Positions 1 to 7,692 of a stretch of DNA of 64,000 nucleotides are shown piece after piece. The position numbers were made by a program, and so were the translations under genes. The stretch is taken from the sequence record ON529855.1, one strand, 5' to 3'. The notes under the pieces are model-generated. The model saw only the letters and a list, made by a program, of their open reading frames with translations. It did not search any database and was not told the DNA's origin. Every line of letters starts with the position of its first letter. Position 1 is the stretch's first letter.

Positions 1-1293
1 CGAGTTCGACGCGATGTTGTAGCTGAAGGTGCCGACGCGCAGGCCGTCGGTGATCCAGTATTGGTCGACGTCTTCGAAGCCGGTCTCGATGGTGAACGAC
101 TGCGGCGTGATCTCGTCGGCGTCCGACGGGTTGCGCAGCATCGAGCCCTTGATCGTGACCTTCAGTTCGGCGGCGTTGTCGAACGTCGCCGGCGACGGCG
201 TGACCGTGATCTTGTCGTCGGTCATGGTGTCGATCTTGAAGACGCCGTGCAGGGTGGCGTCGCCGCCCGCGAAGTCGACGACCGCGATGGCGTTGCCCGA
301 ATCCAGGGTCTCCAGCATCTGACCGCCGGTGCGCAGCAGGTTCTTGATGGTCACGACGCCCAGGGCGACCGTGGCCGAGACTTGCAGTTCGCCGCGCACG
401 CGCTTGGCGTTCAGTTCCGCAGCGAACAGAGCCGCTTGCGTGGCGGCGTCCGTGCCCAGGCCGACGGCTTCAGCCGAGGGCGGGACCGATCCGCCGAACT
501 GGAAGACCAGGGTCTTGTCGCCGTCCGAGACCGTAACGCGCGAACCCACGGCGGGGACCGCCGAGAAGGTGATCGTGCCGGTTTCGATGCCCAGGCCGTC
601 GATGAACAGCTTCTGGCCGACGTGCAGTTGACCCGCAGCGATGGCGCCGGCGAAGGCGTTGGTGCCGTTGGAGTCGAAGGCCGATTCGCCGGCCGTGCCT
701 GCACGAATGTCGGTGTTGTTCAGCACGATGACGTCGTTGGCGTCGATCATGGCGGTGTAGGCGGAGCCGTTCTCGGCCTCACCGGTCGTTTCGGCGACCG
801 TGATCTCGGTGCGGTTGGCGCCGGCGTTCCAGGTGATCGCGTCGATCTGCCAGTAGGCGTTGTTCGCCGACTTCAGGAAGCCCGAGGTCTTGATGCGGCG
901 GCCCGTGAAGAAGTAGTTGGTGACGTCCACGCCCTTGACGTGCAGCATCGACGCCGAGGCCCAGGCCAGGGCGGTGCCCTTGACCGAGTCGAAGGTCATC
1001 GGGCGCGTCCAGGCGCCGTAGACGAAGGCTTCCATCAGGTCGTCGTGCGAGCCGGCCGAATATTCGATGTTGATTTCACCGGCCGAGCGCGCGCCCGTTT
1101 CGATGTAGTCAGCCACCATGCGGTCAGCCCGGATTTCTTCCGAGGTCGCGGTCTCTTTGTTGGCGTTGATGGTCGAGCCGGTGTAGCGCACTTCACGAGT
1201 GCGGCCGGCAGCGGGAGTGGTGCCCCAGGCGTTGTCGTCTTCCTTCAGCATGCGAAGACGGGCGCGGTTGGAGTCAGCGAAGATTTGGACCAT
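1..1293 (-). CDS. Major tail tube protein (partial, runs off left edge)
   Basis: Open frame from ATG at 1293 (MVQIFADSNRARLRMLKE...TSEEIRADRMVADYIETGARSAGEINIEYS), typical of phage tube proteins; follows the connector genes. Not in the ORF track because no stop lies in the window. Confidence 0.75.
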   Translation of the reverse strand, partial: MVQIFADSNRARLRMLKEDDNAWGTTPAAGRTREVRYTGSTINANKETATSEEIRADRMVADYIETGARSAGEINIEYSAGSHDDLMEAFVYGAWTRPMTFDSVKGTALAWASASMLHVKGVDVTNYFFTGRRIKTSGFLKSANNAYWQIDAITWNAGANRTEITVAETTGEAENGSAYTAMIDANDVIVLNNTDIRAGTAGESAFDSNGTNAFAGAIAAGQLHVGQKLFIDGLGIETGTITFSAVPAVGSRVTVSDGDKTLVFQFGGSVPPSAEAVGLGTDAATQAALFAAELNAKRVRGELQVSATVALGVVTIKNLLRTGGQMLETLDSGNAIAVVDFAGGDATLHGVFKIDTMTDDKITVTPSPATFDNAAELKVTIKGSMLRNPSDADEITPQSFTIETGFEDVDQYWITDGLRVGTFSYNIASNS

Positions 1294-1432
1294 AGGTCGA
1301 AAGGTTCCACGAGGTTGGAGACAGGCGGGCAGCGACCGCCCCGGTCTACGCCTCGAATGCGTGGACCCTACTCGAAAAGACCTTCAATGTCAAGATTTCA
1401 GGCATTGACTGCCGCGTTTCGCGGCAGTAGCC

Positions 1433-1912
1433 TTAGGCGCGGAAGTCGCTTGCCTGCGGATCGCGATGGTAGAAGTGGAACGTGCCGTCGCAGATGATCT
1501 GGAAGTAGCCGTTCTTGGCCCCCGTGAACGGGGTCTTCACATTCGACACCAGCAGCTTCAAGTGGCCGTCGGGAGCCACCTCTTTCTCGCGCCGGTTCAT
1601 CTCACGGCGGATGGCGTCGGCGATGGTGATGCCAGGGCCGGACCCGATCGCCTCGGGCACCATGATGTCGAACTGGTAGATGCCGACGGTCATTTCGAAG
1701 CCGCGCCGGCCGCCGAGTTCGGCCTGGCGGGACCCGCCGGTGCGGAACCAGAAGGAGGCGTAGATCGCCGCCTTCTCGCTGCCCTTCTTCACCGGAGGCT
1801 TGGTGAAGGGCTCGTTCATCAACTCCACGCGCGTGCCGTCGAGGCCGCCTTTGAGGGCGGCCTGAAGAGCGGCTTTATCGAGCACGCGGCGCAGGCTGTT
1901 GAAGACGTCCAT
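1433..1912 (-). CDS. Tail terminator-like protein (DUF4128-like)
   Basis: ATG at 1912 (MDVFNSL); VGIYQFDIMVP...G.G..IAD pattern; last connector gene before the tube. Confidence 0.55.
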   Translation of the reverse strand: MDVFNSLRRVLDKAALQAALKGGLDGTRVELMNEPFTKPPVKKGSEKAAIYASFWFRTGGSRQAELGGRRGFEMTVGIYQFDIMVPEAIGSGPGITIADAIRREMNRREKEVAPDGHLKLLVSNVKTPFTGAKNGYFQIICDGTFHFYHRDPQASDFRA

Positions 1913-1940
1913 GAGAGTTCCTTGACTGCAAGTTCCGGGC

Positions 1941-2432
1941 CTAGAAGACCCCGGCCTGCACCTCTGCGATCGCCAGCCGCACAATGCCCTTTTTCGAGCG
2001 GGACAGTTCCGGGGTCGGCAGTTGGCCGTACTCCAGCCCGACGGCGCTGTCGGAGGTGTTGGTGAGATAGATGTCGACCGGCGTCTTGGCCTTCAGCGCC
2101 GCCGCCAACGAGCGCCGGGGGCGCTGTTCGTTGACCTTGCGGCGCGGTTCGTCGCCCAGGGCCATGGAGTTGGTCGGTCCAGGATCGATGCCGCCGCCGC
2201 GCGGCGCTTCGTGGGCGGTGTCCGGACGCAGGGTCGACCAGCGCCAGTTCAGGATCGTGTCGCCCTCCCAGACCGGGGTGTTCGCCAGGATGCGCTCGTT
2301 CAGCGCCACCAGGATGGCGTCCGCCTTGCGATCATAGGTGGTCTCGACGTGGTCGAAGAACTTCTCGAACGTGTGGGCGAAGGGATTGTTGATCTGGACC
2401 CCGACCTTGGTCCCGCTCCGGGAAAAGGACAC
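1941..2432 (-). CDS. Neck/tail-completion protein (HK97 gp10-like)
   Basis: NTPVWEG...NW and IYLTN..Y/S...LEYG motifs; position in connector block; start uncertain. Confidence 0.55.
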   Translation of the reverse strand: MSFSRSGTKVGVQINNPFAHTFEKFFDHVETTYDRKADAILVALNERILANTPVWEGDTILNWRWSTLRPDTAHEAPRGGGIDPGPTNSMALGDEPRRKVNEQRPRRSLAAALKAKTPVDIYLTNTSDSAVGLEYGQLPTPELSRSKKGIVRLAIAEVQAGVF

Positions 2433-2807
2433 CTAGCTGGCCCGGCACTGAAGTTTCGCCAGAAGCGAGGCCGGATCGGTGAGGACCCGGATGATCTGCC
2501 ACTTCAAGCCATTGTCGTCGGTGAGGATGTCGGTGTCCTTGGGGAAGACGCCCAGTTCGTCCATGGGGAACAGGACCTTGGTGTCGGTCACGACGATCAA
2601 GGGGTCGGCCTCCTTCTCTTTCGAGGAGAAGGAGGTGAAGACGACCATGTTCAGGGTCTTGTCGGTATAGCCCTGGGTCACCTCTCCGGCGTCCAGGTCC
2701 CGCACCGGCGAGGCGCCGGCGATATGATAGGTCGCCTTACGCGGGACGTCGTCCAACGCAAGGAAGGCTTGCCGCACGGCGCGGCGAAGGGTCGCCTTCA
2801 ACGCCAT
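2433..2807 (-). CDS. Head closure/head-tail joining protein
   Basis: 124 aa, position, C-terminal WQIIRV...DPA..L..LQCR pattern. Confidence 0.5.
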   Translation of the reverse strand: MALKATLRRAVRQAFLALDDVPRKATYHIAGASPVRDLDAGEVTQGYTDKTLNMVVFTSFSSKEKEADPLIVVTDTKVLFPMDELGVFPKDTDILTDDNGLKWQIIRVLTDPASLLAKLQCRAS

Positions 2808-2812
2808 GGCGG

Positions 2813-3343
2813 TTAGGTCCGGACAATGCGCTTGAAGCCGGGACGACGGCCGGTCTTGGCGCCGCCCAGGTCCTCCAGCATCGCCAGCAGGAACTCCGGC
2901 ATGACGCCTTCACGCTCGCCGCTGTCCTTGAACTTGACCTGGATGACGTCGACCTTGATTTCGCTGAACTCACCCGAGCCGCCGTCGGCGTTGGCGCGGG
3001 TCCAGTCCGAGGTCATCAGATAGGCGGCGAACTCCGCCGTCGCTTCCTTGAGCAGACGAGGGATCACATTGTCCGGGATCATCACCCCGTCCAGGGTGAC
3101 GCCGGCGCGCGGCCAGGCCAGACCGGAGTCCGGCTCGACGCGCGTGCCGTGCCATTTGAAACGGATGTCCAGCACCTTGGAGGCGCGGACGAGGAGGCGC
3201 TGCTTGTCCTCCTCTTCCTGATCGAGCCACTCGGCCGAGATGTGGCCGTTCGCCTCGATGTAGTCGTCGGCGAATTCAACCGTGCAGTAGGAGTTGGCCT
3301 GGGGGTCGCCTTGACCCTCCTCGACCACAAAGTTGAATGCCAT
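2813..3343 (-). CDS. Head-tail adaptor (DnaT-like phage family)
   Basis: ANSYCTVEFADDY...G.R.....GLAWPR.GV..DG..IP..LKEATAEFA pattern. Confidence 0.65.
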   Translation of the reverse strand: MAFNFVVEEGQGDPQANSYCTVEFADDYIEANGHISAEWLDQEEEDKQRLLVRASKVLDIRFKWHGTRVEPDSGLAWPRAGVTLDGVMIPDNVIPRLLKEATAEFAAYLMTSDWTRANADGGSGEFSEIKVDVIQVKFKDSGEREGVMPEFLLAMLEDLGGAKTGRRPGFKRIVRT

Positions 3344-3394
3344 TCTGGGAAAGTGCTCCGATTAGAGTCACGCTTCGTAGGGAAACGTGACTCC

Positions 3395-4222
3395 TTAACG
3401 CGCCGCAGAGTGCACGAAACCGGGCAAACTGTCAAGGTTTCCGTGGCCCGCCGCCTGGGCTTCCTGAGCCGCCTTGCGCACGCGGTTGCGGTGCGAGATG
3501 GCCTTGACCCACTTCTTCGCCATTTCCGAACGGACCACGTCGTCCTCGGTGAACTCGACGATGTCCATGATCTCCCAGTCGTCGGAGATGTTGACGATCT
3601 CTTCCAGGCCGGAGTTGTGGATGTCGACCTGCGAGTGGTCGCCGGCGACGACGACCTGGGTGCCGTTGCCCGTGCGGGTCAGCAGCAGGTAGAGGTCGTC
3701 GAACTCGGCGTTCTGGGCTTCGTCCAGGATGACGCAGGCGTTGTCGAAGGTGCGGCCGCGCATGTATTCGAACGGCACGATCTCGAACTTGCCCTCCGAC
3801 TTCCACATTTCCAGTTGGGTCTTGGAGACCTCGGCGCGGATGCCCTCGATGACCGGCGTCAGCCAGGGCGCCATCTTGGCCTCGATGTTGCCCGGCAGGA
3901 AGCCGATCTGGTGTCCCTTCTTGGAGGCGGTCACCCGGCTGATGATGATCTTTTCGATGTCGCCCTTGAGCATGCGCTGGGCGGCGATCCGGGCGGCGAG
4001 GTAGGTCTTGCCCGTGCCCGCCGGGCCGATGGCGAAGACCGAATCGCCTTCCTTCAGCACTTCCAGGTAGTCCGCCTGGTTCTCGGTCTTGGGGACCAAC
4101 GGCTTGGCCGTGTGCTTGGTCTGCTTGGCGGAGCGTTCTGCGCGGCGAGCGGCGCGTGCCTGAGCCTTGGTGAGGGGCCGTTCGTGCATCGGTTCGAACG
4201 GGGTGTAGGCGGGTTCAGTCAA
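3395..4222 (-). CDS. phoH: PhoH-like ATPase
   Basis: GPAGTGKTYLA Walker A, IGFLPG, YMRGRTF, ILDEAQN, GDHSQVD motifs. Confidence 0.93.
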   Translation of the reverse strand: MTEPAYTPFEPMHERPLTKAQARAARRAERSAKQTKHTAKPLVPKTENQADYLEVLKEGDSVFAIGPAGTGKTYLAARIAAQRMLKGDIEKIIISRVTASKKGHQIGFLPGNIEAKMAPWLTPVIEGIRAEVSKTQLEMWKSEGKFEIVPFEYMRGRTFDNACVILDEAQNAEFDDLYLLLTRTGNGTQVVVAGDHSQVDIHNSGLEEIVNISDDWEIMDIVEFTEDDVVRSEMAKKWVKAISHRNRVRKAAQEAQAAGHGNLDSLPGFVHSAAR

Positions 4223-4249
4223 GCAACTGTCCTGGGCTATGGCTGGGTC

Positions 4250-4501
4250 TCAGCCGGATGTGGCCTCCAGACGGATCGCGCTGGCGGCCTGACAGTGGAG
4301 AAGGTTGGAGCGGAAATGCTCCACCAGTTCTCCGAGGATCGCCATGCTTTCGGGAGTGAGGTCCTCCAGGAGCATGTCGTTCATCGCGGCGGCGCCGCGA
4401 ATCATGTCCATGTGCCGGGCTTCGATGTCCGCGCTGGGCGACTCCACCGCCTGGACGAATGCCGCCACGGGCGGGAACGTAGGAGCGAGTGCGGCGTTCA
4501 T
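4250..4501 (-). CDS. Hypothetical protein
   Basis: 83 aa ORF with GAGG SD, collinear with neighbours. Confidence 0.6.
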   Translation of the reverse strand: MNAALAPTFPPVAAFVQAVESPSADIEARHMDMIRGAAAMNDMLLEDLTPESMAILGELVEHFRSNLLHCQAASAIRLEATSG

Positions 4502-4603
4502 CGGGGTTCCCTCAGAGGAAATGCTTAACTGAGGGGAACCTAACCCGACCTTAGGGTGTTGCGCAAGGACGGTCTGGGAACAATCCCCTACCGCGTGAGT
4601 GGT

Positions 4604-5044
4604 TTAGCCCGCTCCCGTAACCATTGTTACAATGGCTCCGACGACGGCCGCCAGCAGGGCCGAGCCCCCGGCGGTCAACGGACCGATGATGATTTCCATC
4701 CGCGTCAGGCGCTTTTCCAGCGCCAGCTTGTCGGCGGTGAACTCACGCTCCAGGCGGTCCAGTTCGTCCGCCGCCTCTTTTTCGACGCGGGCCGTTTCCT
4801 GGGCGGCGGCCTTGAGATCGCGTTCCAGGTTGGCGATTTTCTGCGGCTGATCCTGAGCCTCAATGCGCGTCAGGCGATCGCGCACGTCCTTCATGTCTTC
4901 GCGGAAGCCGTCGAAACGGGTGTCGACCTTGTCGACAAGCCGATCCATCTTGTCGTTGAGCGTCGTGAAGAGACGGTCCACGGCGTCGCGGAACCGGTCT
5001 TCGGGCGTCATGCCCACGGCCGGAATGGGAATGTTACCGGCCAT
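4604..5044 (-). CDS. Coiled-coil protein with C-terminal membrane anchor (possibly lysis-related)
   Basis: Heptad-rich body, then IIIGPLTAGGSALLAAVVGAIVTMV; ATG at 5044 overlaps the PAS gene end. Confidence 0.55.
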   Translation of the reverse strand: MAGNIPIPAVGMTPEDRFRDAVDRLFTTLNDKMDRLVDKVDTRFDGFREDMKDVRDRLTRIEAQDQPQKIANLERDLKAAAQETARVEKEAADELDRLEREFTADKLALEKRLTRMEIIIGPLTAGGSALLAAVVGAIVTMVTGAG

Positions 5045-5534
5045 CGACACAGACCTCCTCGATCTGAGCAATGCCGCACACCGCGACCACGTCCCCGTTC
5101 ACCATGATGGGCCACTTCCACCCCGCGAATCGCAGCAGAGCGCCGCTGGAGGCATGCGGAACGACGCCGTCGACCTGGATCGTGCGGCGCTCGATGACGC
5201 ATTGGAGGTCTTCGTCCTCAAAGGCGCTGGCGTCGCCGTTGTCCCAGATGGCGTGATCCGGCTGCGCCAGGTAGTCGAGCGCGGTCACGCCCGTCATGGC
5301 GGTATAGGGTCGGTTGACGTGAACCATCACGAACGATCCGTCCGCTTGCAAGGCCTTGATCCAGGCCGGCAGGGGCATGTGTTCGAAGAAGCCCGTCATC
5401 AGGAGGCAAGGGTCCTCCGAACGGCACTCTTCGGCGGCGTCACGCAAAATGTTGAGCAGGGCTTCCACGTCTTGACGCGGTTTCTGCGGGATACCCGTCG
5501 GTTGGGCCGAAGGGCTGCTGTCGTTGTTCGACAC
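5034..5534 (-). CDS. Stand-alone PAS-domain protein
   Basis: FFEHMPLPAWIK...VNRPYTAMTG...WKWPIMVNGDVVAVCGIAQI resembles a PAS_4 fold. Confidence 0.65.
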   Translation of the reverse strand: MSNNDSSPSAQPTGIPQKPRQDVEALLNILRDAAEECRSEDPCLLMTGFFEHMPLPAWIKALQADGSFVMVHVNRPYTAMTGVTALDYLAQPDHAIWDNGDASAFEDEDLQCVIERRTIQVDGVVPHASSGALLRFAGWKWPIMVNGDVVAVCGIAQIEEVCVDGR

Positions 5535-5659
5535 GGCCTTCGTCCCCGACGGTTAGCGCGTTGATATTGACGCGGAGGCTACGCGCAAACCCCTTGAAAG
5601 TCAAGATTTTTGGCAACGATTGCCAGCCAATAAATTCCTTGACGAAGCGCAGCGCCGGA

Positions 5660-5793
5660 ATCACAACGCCCCGCACCGGACGGGGGCCAGTGCGGGGCGC
5701 TGCTTGACGACGGAGGACCGCGTCAGCCGGACAAAGCCCCGTGGCTGACTGCGACGCTGTGCGGGATGTAGAGGACTGCGCGGTGCGTGTCAA
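5660..5793 (-). ncRNA. Promoter plus candidate ~100 nt small RNA
   Basis: TTGACA-N17-TACATC (5793-5765), no ORF, hairpins GTCAGCC/GGCTGAC and CGCCCCGCAC/GTGCGGGGCG. Confidence 0.4.
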
Positions 5794-5810
5794 CCCTCTC
5801 GGTCAGATAA

Positions 5811-5891
5811 TGGCGGGGACGGAGGGAATCGAACCCCCTGGATGACGCCTTCGGAGGGCGTTGCCTACATTCCGGTCGGCACTTCGCCCCC
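5811..5891 (-). tRNA. tRNA-Arg(CCG)
   Basis: Acceptor GGGGGCG/CGTCCCC-G-CCA; ACGCC-CTCCGAA-GGCGT. Confidence 0.8.
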
Positions 5892-5924
5892 GAGGCGGTG
5901 GGCCGGACAGGCCGGCAGAAAGAG

Positions 5925-6006
5925 TGGCGCCCAAGGCAGGATTTGAACCTGCGTTTGCAACTCCGCTACGGATAAGGCCTTCGTAGGACCCCTCGGTTAC
6001 TTGGGC
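5925..6006 (-). tRNA. Atypical tRNA-Arg(ACG) lacking a D-arm
   Basis: Acceptor GCCCAAG/CTTGGGC-G-CCA; GGGTC-CTACGAA-GGCCT; canonical T arm; only 8 nt between acceptor and anticodon stems; long variable region. Confidence 0.55.
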
Positions 6007-6009
6007 ATT

Positions 6010-6093
6010 TGGCTCCTATGAGAGGACTCGAACCTCTAAGTCTTGCGACGGTCGATTAACAGTCGACTGCGTTTACCATTCCGCCACATAGGA
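6010..6093 (-). tRNA. tRNA-Asn(GTT), long variable arm
   Basis: GTCGA-CTGTTAA-TCGAC; TCCTATG/CATAGGA-G-CCA. Confidence 0.85.
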
Positions 6094-6118
6094 ACAAACT
6101 GAATACTGATATTTTACC

Positions 6119-6192
6119 TGGTTCTGGCTCTAGGAATCGAACCTAAATCTCGGAGACCAAAACTCCGCGTGATACCGTTACACTAAGCCAGA
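6119..6192 (-). tRNA. tRNA-Gln(TTG)
   Basis: CGGAG-TTTTGGT-CTCCG; TCTGGCT/AGCCAGA-A-CCA. Confidence 0.85.
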
Positions 6193-6203
6193 TCAGGAAA
6201 ACT

Positions 6204-6281
6204 TGGTAGGAGGTACTGGATTCGAACCAGTGAAATGTCGGTATGTGAAACCGATGCCTTGGGCCGCTTGGCGAACCTCCC
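6204..6281 (-). tRNA. tRNA-Val(CAC)
   Basis: TCGGT-TTCACAT-ACCGA; CCA end. Confidence 0.75.
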
Positions 6282-6325
6282 ATGCAAGAGCAGCGAATCT
6301 CCACTGCTCAGGGACAAAGTAAAGT

Positions 6326-6402
6326 TGGTCCTAGCACCAGGATTTGAACCTGGGACCGAGCGGTTATCGACCGCGCGCTCTACCAAACTGAGCTATGCTA
6401 GG
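6326..6402 (-). tRNA. tRNA-Ile(GAT)
   Basis: GCGG-TCGATAA-CCGC (C33); CCTAGCA/TGCTAGG-A-CCA. Confidence 0.8.
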
Positions 6403-6406
6403 GCTG

Positions 6407-6481
6407 TGGTAGCGGATACAGGAATCGCACCTGTGCATGTCGGCGTGTCATACCGATGCCTTTCTACTTGGCTAATCCGCC
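6407..6481 (-). tRNA. tRNA-Val(GAC)
   Basis: TCGGT-ATGACAC-GCCGA; T loop TGCGATT. Confidence 0.75.
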
Positions 6482-6494
6482 ACACAGAAAAGTG

Positions 6495-6569
6495 TGGCCC
6501 ACCCAGGAGCGCTCGCATCTCCGTCTCGGGGATTTCACTCCCGCGCTAATCTGTCTCAGCTATGAGTGG
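6495..6569 (-). tRNA. tRNA-Phe(GAA), degenerate T arm
   Basis: CGGG(A)-GTGAAAT-(C)CCCG; CCACTCA/TGGGTGG-G-CCA. Confidence 0.6.
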
Positions 6570-6570
6570 A

Positions 6571-6654
6571 TGGTGGGAAGGGAGAGAATTCGCACTCTCA
6601 CAGCTTGCGCGGGGGATTTACAGTCCCCTGGGCTCACTCGTGCCCAGCCTGCCC
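6571..6654 (-). tRNA. tRNA-Tyr(GTA)
   Basis: GGGGA-CTGTAAA-TCCCC, long variable arm, CCA. Confidence 0.85.
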
Positions 6655-6720
6655 AAAATGTTACGGCTCAGTCGCCGCCGGTCATGGTGATCTCCTGGAT
6701 CAGATGAAGGTGTTGAAACG

Positions 6721-6755
6721 GAAAAGGCCCGCCTGGCGGAAACCAGGCGGGCCTT
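6721..6755 (-). terminator. Intrinsic terminator/attenuator upstream of tRNA cluster 1
   Basis: AAGGCCCGCCTGG-TTTCCG-CCAGGCGGGCCTT then TTCCGTTTC. Confidence 0.8.
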
Positions 6756-6786
6756 CGAAACTTGGGAGTTCTAAGTGGGTATCAGA

Positions 6787-6882
6787 TTAAATCTGCGTCC
6801 CACCATCGCCCATGCACGAATGGCCCGCCCGGTTAAACCGGACGACCTGAATCTGCTGCACGTTGTTGCGATAGGTGAACAT
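6787..6882 (-). CDS. Putative leader peptide MFTYRNNVQQIQVVRFNRAGHSCMGDGGTQI (31 aa, probably leaderless)
   Basis: ATG 8 nt after the -10 box; codons 2-18 match the downstream tRNA set; below the ORF-track size cutoff. Confidence 0.65.
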   Translation of the reverse strand: MFTYRNNVQQIQVVRFNRAGHSCMGDGGTQI

Positions 6883-6889
6883 GAGAAGA

Positions 6890-6918
6890 CGTTTACTACA
6901 GGCGACGACCAGTGTCAA
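6890..6918 (-). promoter_or_regulatory. Sigma70-type promoter for leader 1/tRNA cluster 1
   Basis: TTGACA-N17-TAAACG. Confidence 0.65.
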
Positions 6919-6920
6919 CA

Positions 6921-7136
6921 TTATTGTCGTCTATGGACCCAAGTTTTTTCGAGGGCGCTGTCCCAGGTCCCCCAGTTGCAGGGATCAGGGTAGTCCCGAT
7001 AGCGCCAGCCGCCGCAGTAACGGCACATGGCTTCGGTCTGGTCAGCCTCAGCGGGATGCGGCTCGCAGTCCCCCGAGACGTCGCACAAAGGCCACCCGTC
7101 CGGCCCCAGGGTGGGGTCGTCGTCCGGGTCCGTCAC
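6921..7136 (-). CDS. Small Cys-containing hypothetical protein
   Basis: GTG start overlapping upstream stop; CxxCGG motif. Confidence 0.5.
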   Translation of the reverse strand: MTDPDDDPTLGPDGWPLCDVSGDCEPHPAEADQTEAMCRYCGGWRYRDYPDPCNWGTWDSALEKTWVHRRQ

Positions 7137-7429
7137 AGGGTGTAATCGACGGTCGGGTCGGGAAGCCAGACCTCTTCCAGCAGACGTTCCTGCCACTGGG
7201 CCTCGTGGTCCCAGGACAGGATCACGCCGGACCGCGTTTCGCTGCCGTCGATCAGCGTCGCGCAGCCGTAGACGTCAAAGGGCGGCGCGCCATCATAGGA
7301 ATGGTGGCGCAAGGTATAGAGATGGGGACCGTTGCCGCCGCACCAGCGCACCAGGACTTTCGCCCCGTCAGGCAGGGCGCGGATTTCGGCCGGGGTCAGC
7401 CTCGGGGTATCGGGGACGGCGTGGGTCAT
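7133..7429 (-). CDS. Hypothetical protein
   Basis: 98 aa, translationally coupled to neighbours. Confidence 0.6.
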   Translation of the reverse strand: MTHAVPDTPRLTPAEIRALPDGAKVLVRWCGGNGPHLYTLRHHSYDGAPPFDVYGCATLIDGSETRSGVILSWDHEAQWQERLLEEVWLPDPTVDYTL

Positions 7430-7692
7430 CAGGCGGGGTTCGGCGGCGTATACGGCATGGGGCGCAGACGGGGCTCGGCGCGCGGATGACTGATTCCGGT
7501 CGGCATGATGTTCAATTGCAGCCCGGCGCCCCGACGCAGCAGCATCATGAGATCATGGGCGCGCACCGCCTCGGCCGGCGCGGCGAATGTCAGTTCGATC
7601 AGCACGCGATTGCTGTCGGTGCTGCACGCGGTCGCGATCTGGTCAGGCTCCAGGTCCAGAGCCTGCGTGGGACTGATGTTGAGCCGGCTCAT
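7429..7692 (-). CDS. Hypothetical protein (MSRLNISPTQ...)
   Basis: ATG at 7692 overlaps def stop; 3' part of track ORF 7429..8304. Confidence 0.55.
   Translation of the reverse strand: MSRLNISPTQALDLEPDQIATACSTDSNRVLIELTFAAPAEAVRAHDLMMLLRRGAGLQLNIMPTGISHPRAEPRLRPMPYTPPNPA

Noticed and set aside
5639-5667. Plus-strand promoter TTGACG-N17-CACAAC
   Set aside because: Weak -10, no downstream ORF or terminator; overlaps the better-supported minus-strand unit.
6204-6281. Opal-suppressor/Sec tRNA (TCA) and genome recoding
   Set aside because: The 7 nt loop TTCACAT centres on CAC (Val); genes end at normal TAA/TAG/TGA, so there is no sign of stop-codon reassignment.
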